Positions 26,767 through 27,769 of a DNA stretch of 27,769 nt are shown piece by piece. A program made the translations under genes and the position numbers. The DNA comes from Nanobdellota archaeon (GTDB lineage Archaea; Nanobdellota; Nanobdellia; Woesearchaeales; JAHWHD01). The stretch is taken from NCBI GenBank assembly GCA_034722435.1, contig JAYENX010000046.1:3169-30937 (forward strand). Reading direction: 5' to 3'. The number at the start of each line of letters is the position of its first letter. Position 1 is the first letter of the stretch. The notes beneath the pieces were generated by a model. That model was not told the origin of the DNA and ran no database searches. It worked only from the letters and a program-made list of their open reading frames with translations.

Positions 26767-27480
26767 TTAAGAATTTTTTGATTTGGGCAGGTCATAAGGA
26801 TTTCCTTTAACACCTAAAAGTTCTTGGATATAGGGCCAAACAGTTCTTAAAACCTCTTCAGGTTTTTTGGTCGCATCAACATATACAATATTCTCATGAG
26901 GTAATAAAGATTTTAGAGCTTTATATCCCTCTCGAACTTTCTTATGAAACTCAAAACCTGCAGCCTCAATTCTATCAAGTTGAAGACCTCCCCCTCCAGC
27001 TCTTTTTAAACCAGTTTCAGGAGGCACATCTAAAATAAAAACTAAATCAGGAGTTATTCCGTAAAGTGATATCTCATTAAGTGCGATCACTTTTTCCATA
27101 CCTAATCCGCGAGCAAATCCTTGATAAACAATTGAAGAATGGTAATCTCTATCTGTAATTATTATTTCTCCCGCTTCAAGTGCAGGTTTAACGATGTTAA
27201 GATTCTTATGAGCTCTTGCAGCAAGCATGAGATAAAGTTCCGCTTCATCTCCCAAATCATCAATATGAGGGTCAAGAAGAATTTGTCTTACCATATCTGC
27301 AACCGCTGTTCCTCCAGGTTCCCTAGTGCATACTATGGGATAATTGATTAATCCTAAATAATCCTTAATTAAATTAATAATAGTGCTCTTGCCGCCACCT
27401 TCAGGACCTTCAAAGGTAATCAATTTTCCAGTTTTAGAACAAATGTTATTTTCTAATGTCTCTTCTAATGTTTCAGTCAT
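26767..27480 (-). CDS. tmk: Thymidylate kinase
   Basis: LITFEGPEGGGKST, TREPGGT, LMLAARA, TDRDYHSSIVYQG, PDLVFILD, DRIE..FH.KVREGY. Confidence 0.95.
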   Translation of the reverse strand: MTETLEETLENNICSKTGKLITFEGPEGGGKSTIINLIKDYLGLINYPIVCTREPGGTAVADMVRQILLDPHIDDLGDEAELYLMLAARAHKNLNIVKPALEAGEIIITDRDYHSSIVYQGFARGLGMEKVIALNEISLYGITPDLVFILDVPPETGLKRAGGGGLQLDRIEAAGFEFHKKVREGYKALKSLLPHENIVYVDATKKPEEVLRTVWPYIQELLGVKGNPYDLPKSKNS

Positions 27481-27594
27481 AGAAATAAAGAATATTTTTC
27501 GTATTTATATTCTTTTTTGTGATGTGTAATGTATATATAACAACATAAATAATAGTTACCATTAATTTATAAGTAAGATTTTAAAAGAACTTAT

Positions 27595-27614
27595 TGAAAA
27601 AATGAATTTTTTCA
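27595..27614 (-). terminator. A/U-rich hairpin downstream of the small ORF
   Basis: TGAAAAAA-4nt-TTTTTTCA, 13 nt after the stop at 27628, in a T-rich context on the minus strand. Confidence 0.35.
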
Positions 27615-27627
27615 GAAATTAAAAAAT

Positions 27628-27714
27628 TTAATCCCCTTCACTAAAAAATTCTCCGAGTTTTCTACACTTTTTCTGGTCATTGTAGCTGACATTTTTCACT
27701 TTTTCCTCTTTCAT
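27628..27714 (-). CDS. Putative 28-aa small protein MKEEKVKNVSYNDQKKCRKLGEFFSEGD (absent from the ORF track)
   Basis: GAGGTGA RBS (27721-27727) 6 nt before the ATG, open frame to TAA, downstream hairpin and T tract. Confidence 0.5.
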   Translation of the reverse strand: MKEEKVKNVSYNDQKKCRKLGEFFSEGD

Positions 27715-27769
27715 AATAAATCACCTCTTTTCTAAATTTTAGAAGATTTTTAATCTTAATAAACATTTT

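Overview
AT-rich archaeal chromosomal segment. GatDE, Cdc48, NMD3, TFS, Sec11-type signal peptidase, Dph6, TATA boxes, GAGGTGA ribosome-binding sites and BHB-type tRNA introns all point to an archaeon. The compact gene style suggests a DPANN lineage such as Woesearchaeota, which is an inference and not a database result. Most of the window is translation, tRNA, proteostasis and nucleotide housekeeping, with no mobile element or CRISPR array seen. Main highlights: (1) a cluster for bacterial/eukaryotic-type ester-lipid chemistry (PlsB/GPAT-family acyltransferase, GpsA sn-glycerol-3-phosphate dehydrogenase, a FabF-like ketosynthase with about 85 extra residues, and an adjacent lipoprotein PLD), unexpected across the archaeal lipid divide; (2) a tRNA-Arg(CCU) split by three introns (19/20, 37/38, 59/60), with a possible fourth nested inside the first; (3) an AsnB-type glutamine amidotransferase fused to Dph6 next to gatDE; (4) a pyrimidine deoxynucleotide cluster with a split-active-site tandem Dcd and an uncharacterised kinase; (5) a HAD-IG 5'-nucleotidase, a tRNA-Thr with a co-varying A18/G55 elbow, a structured antisense intergenic element and an unannotated 28-aa ORF. 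All family assignments come from motif recognition by eye; no searches were run.
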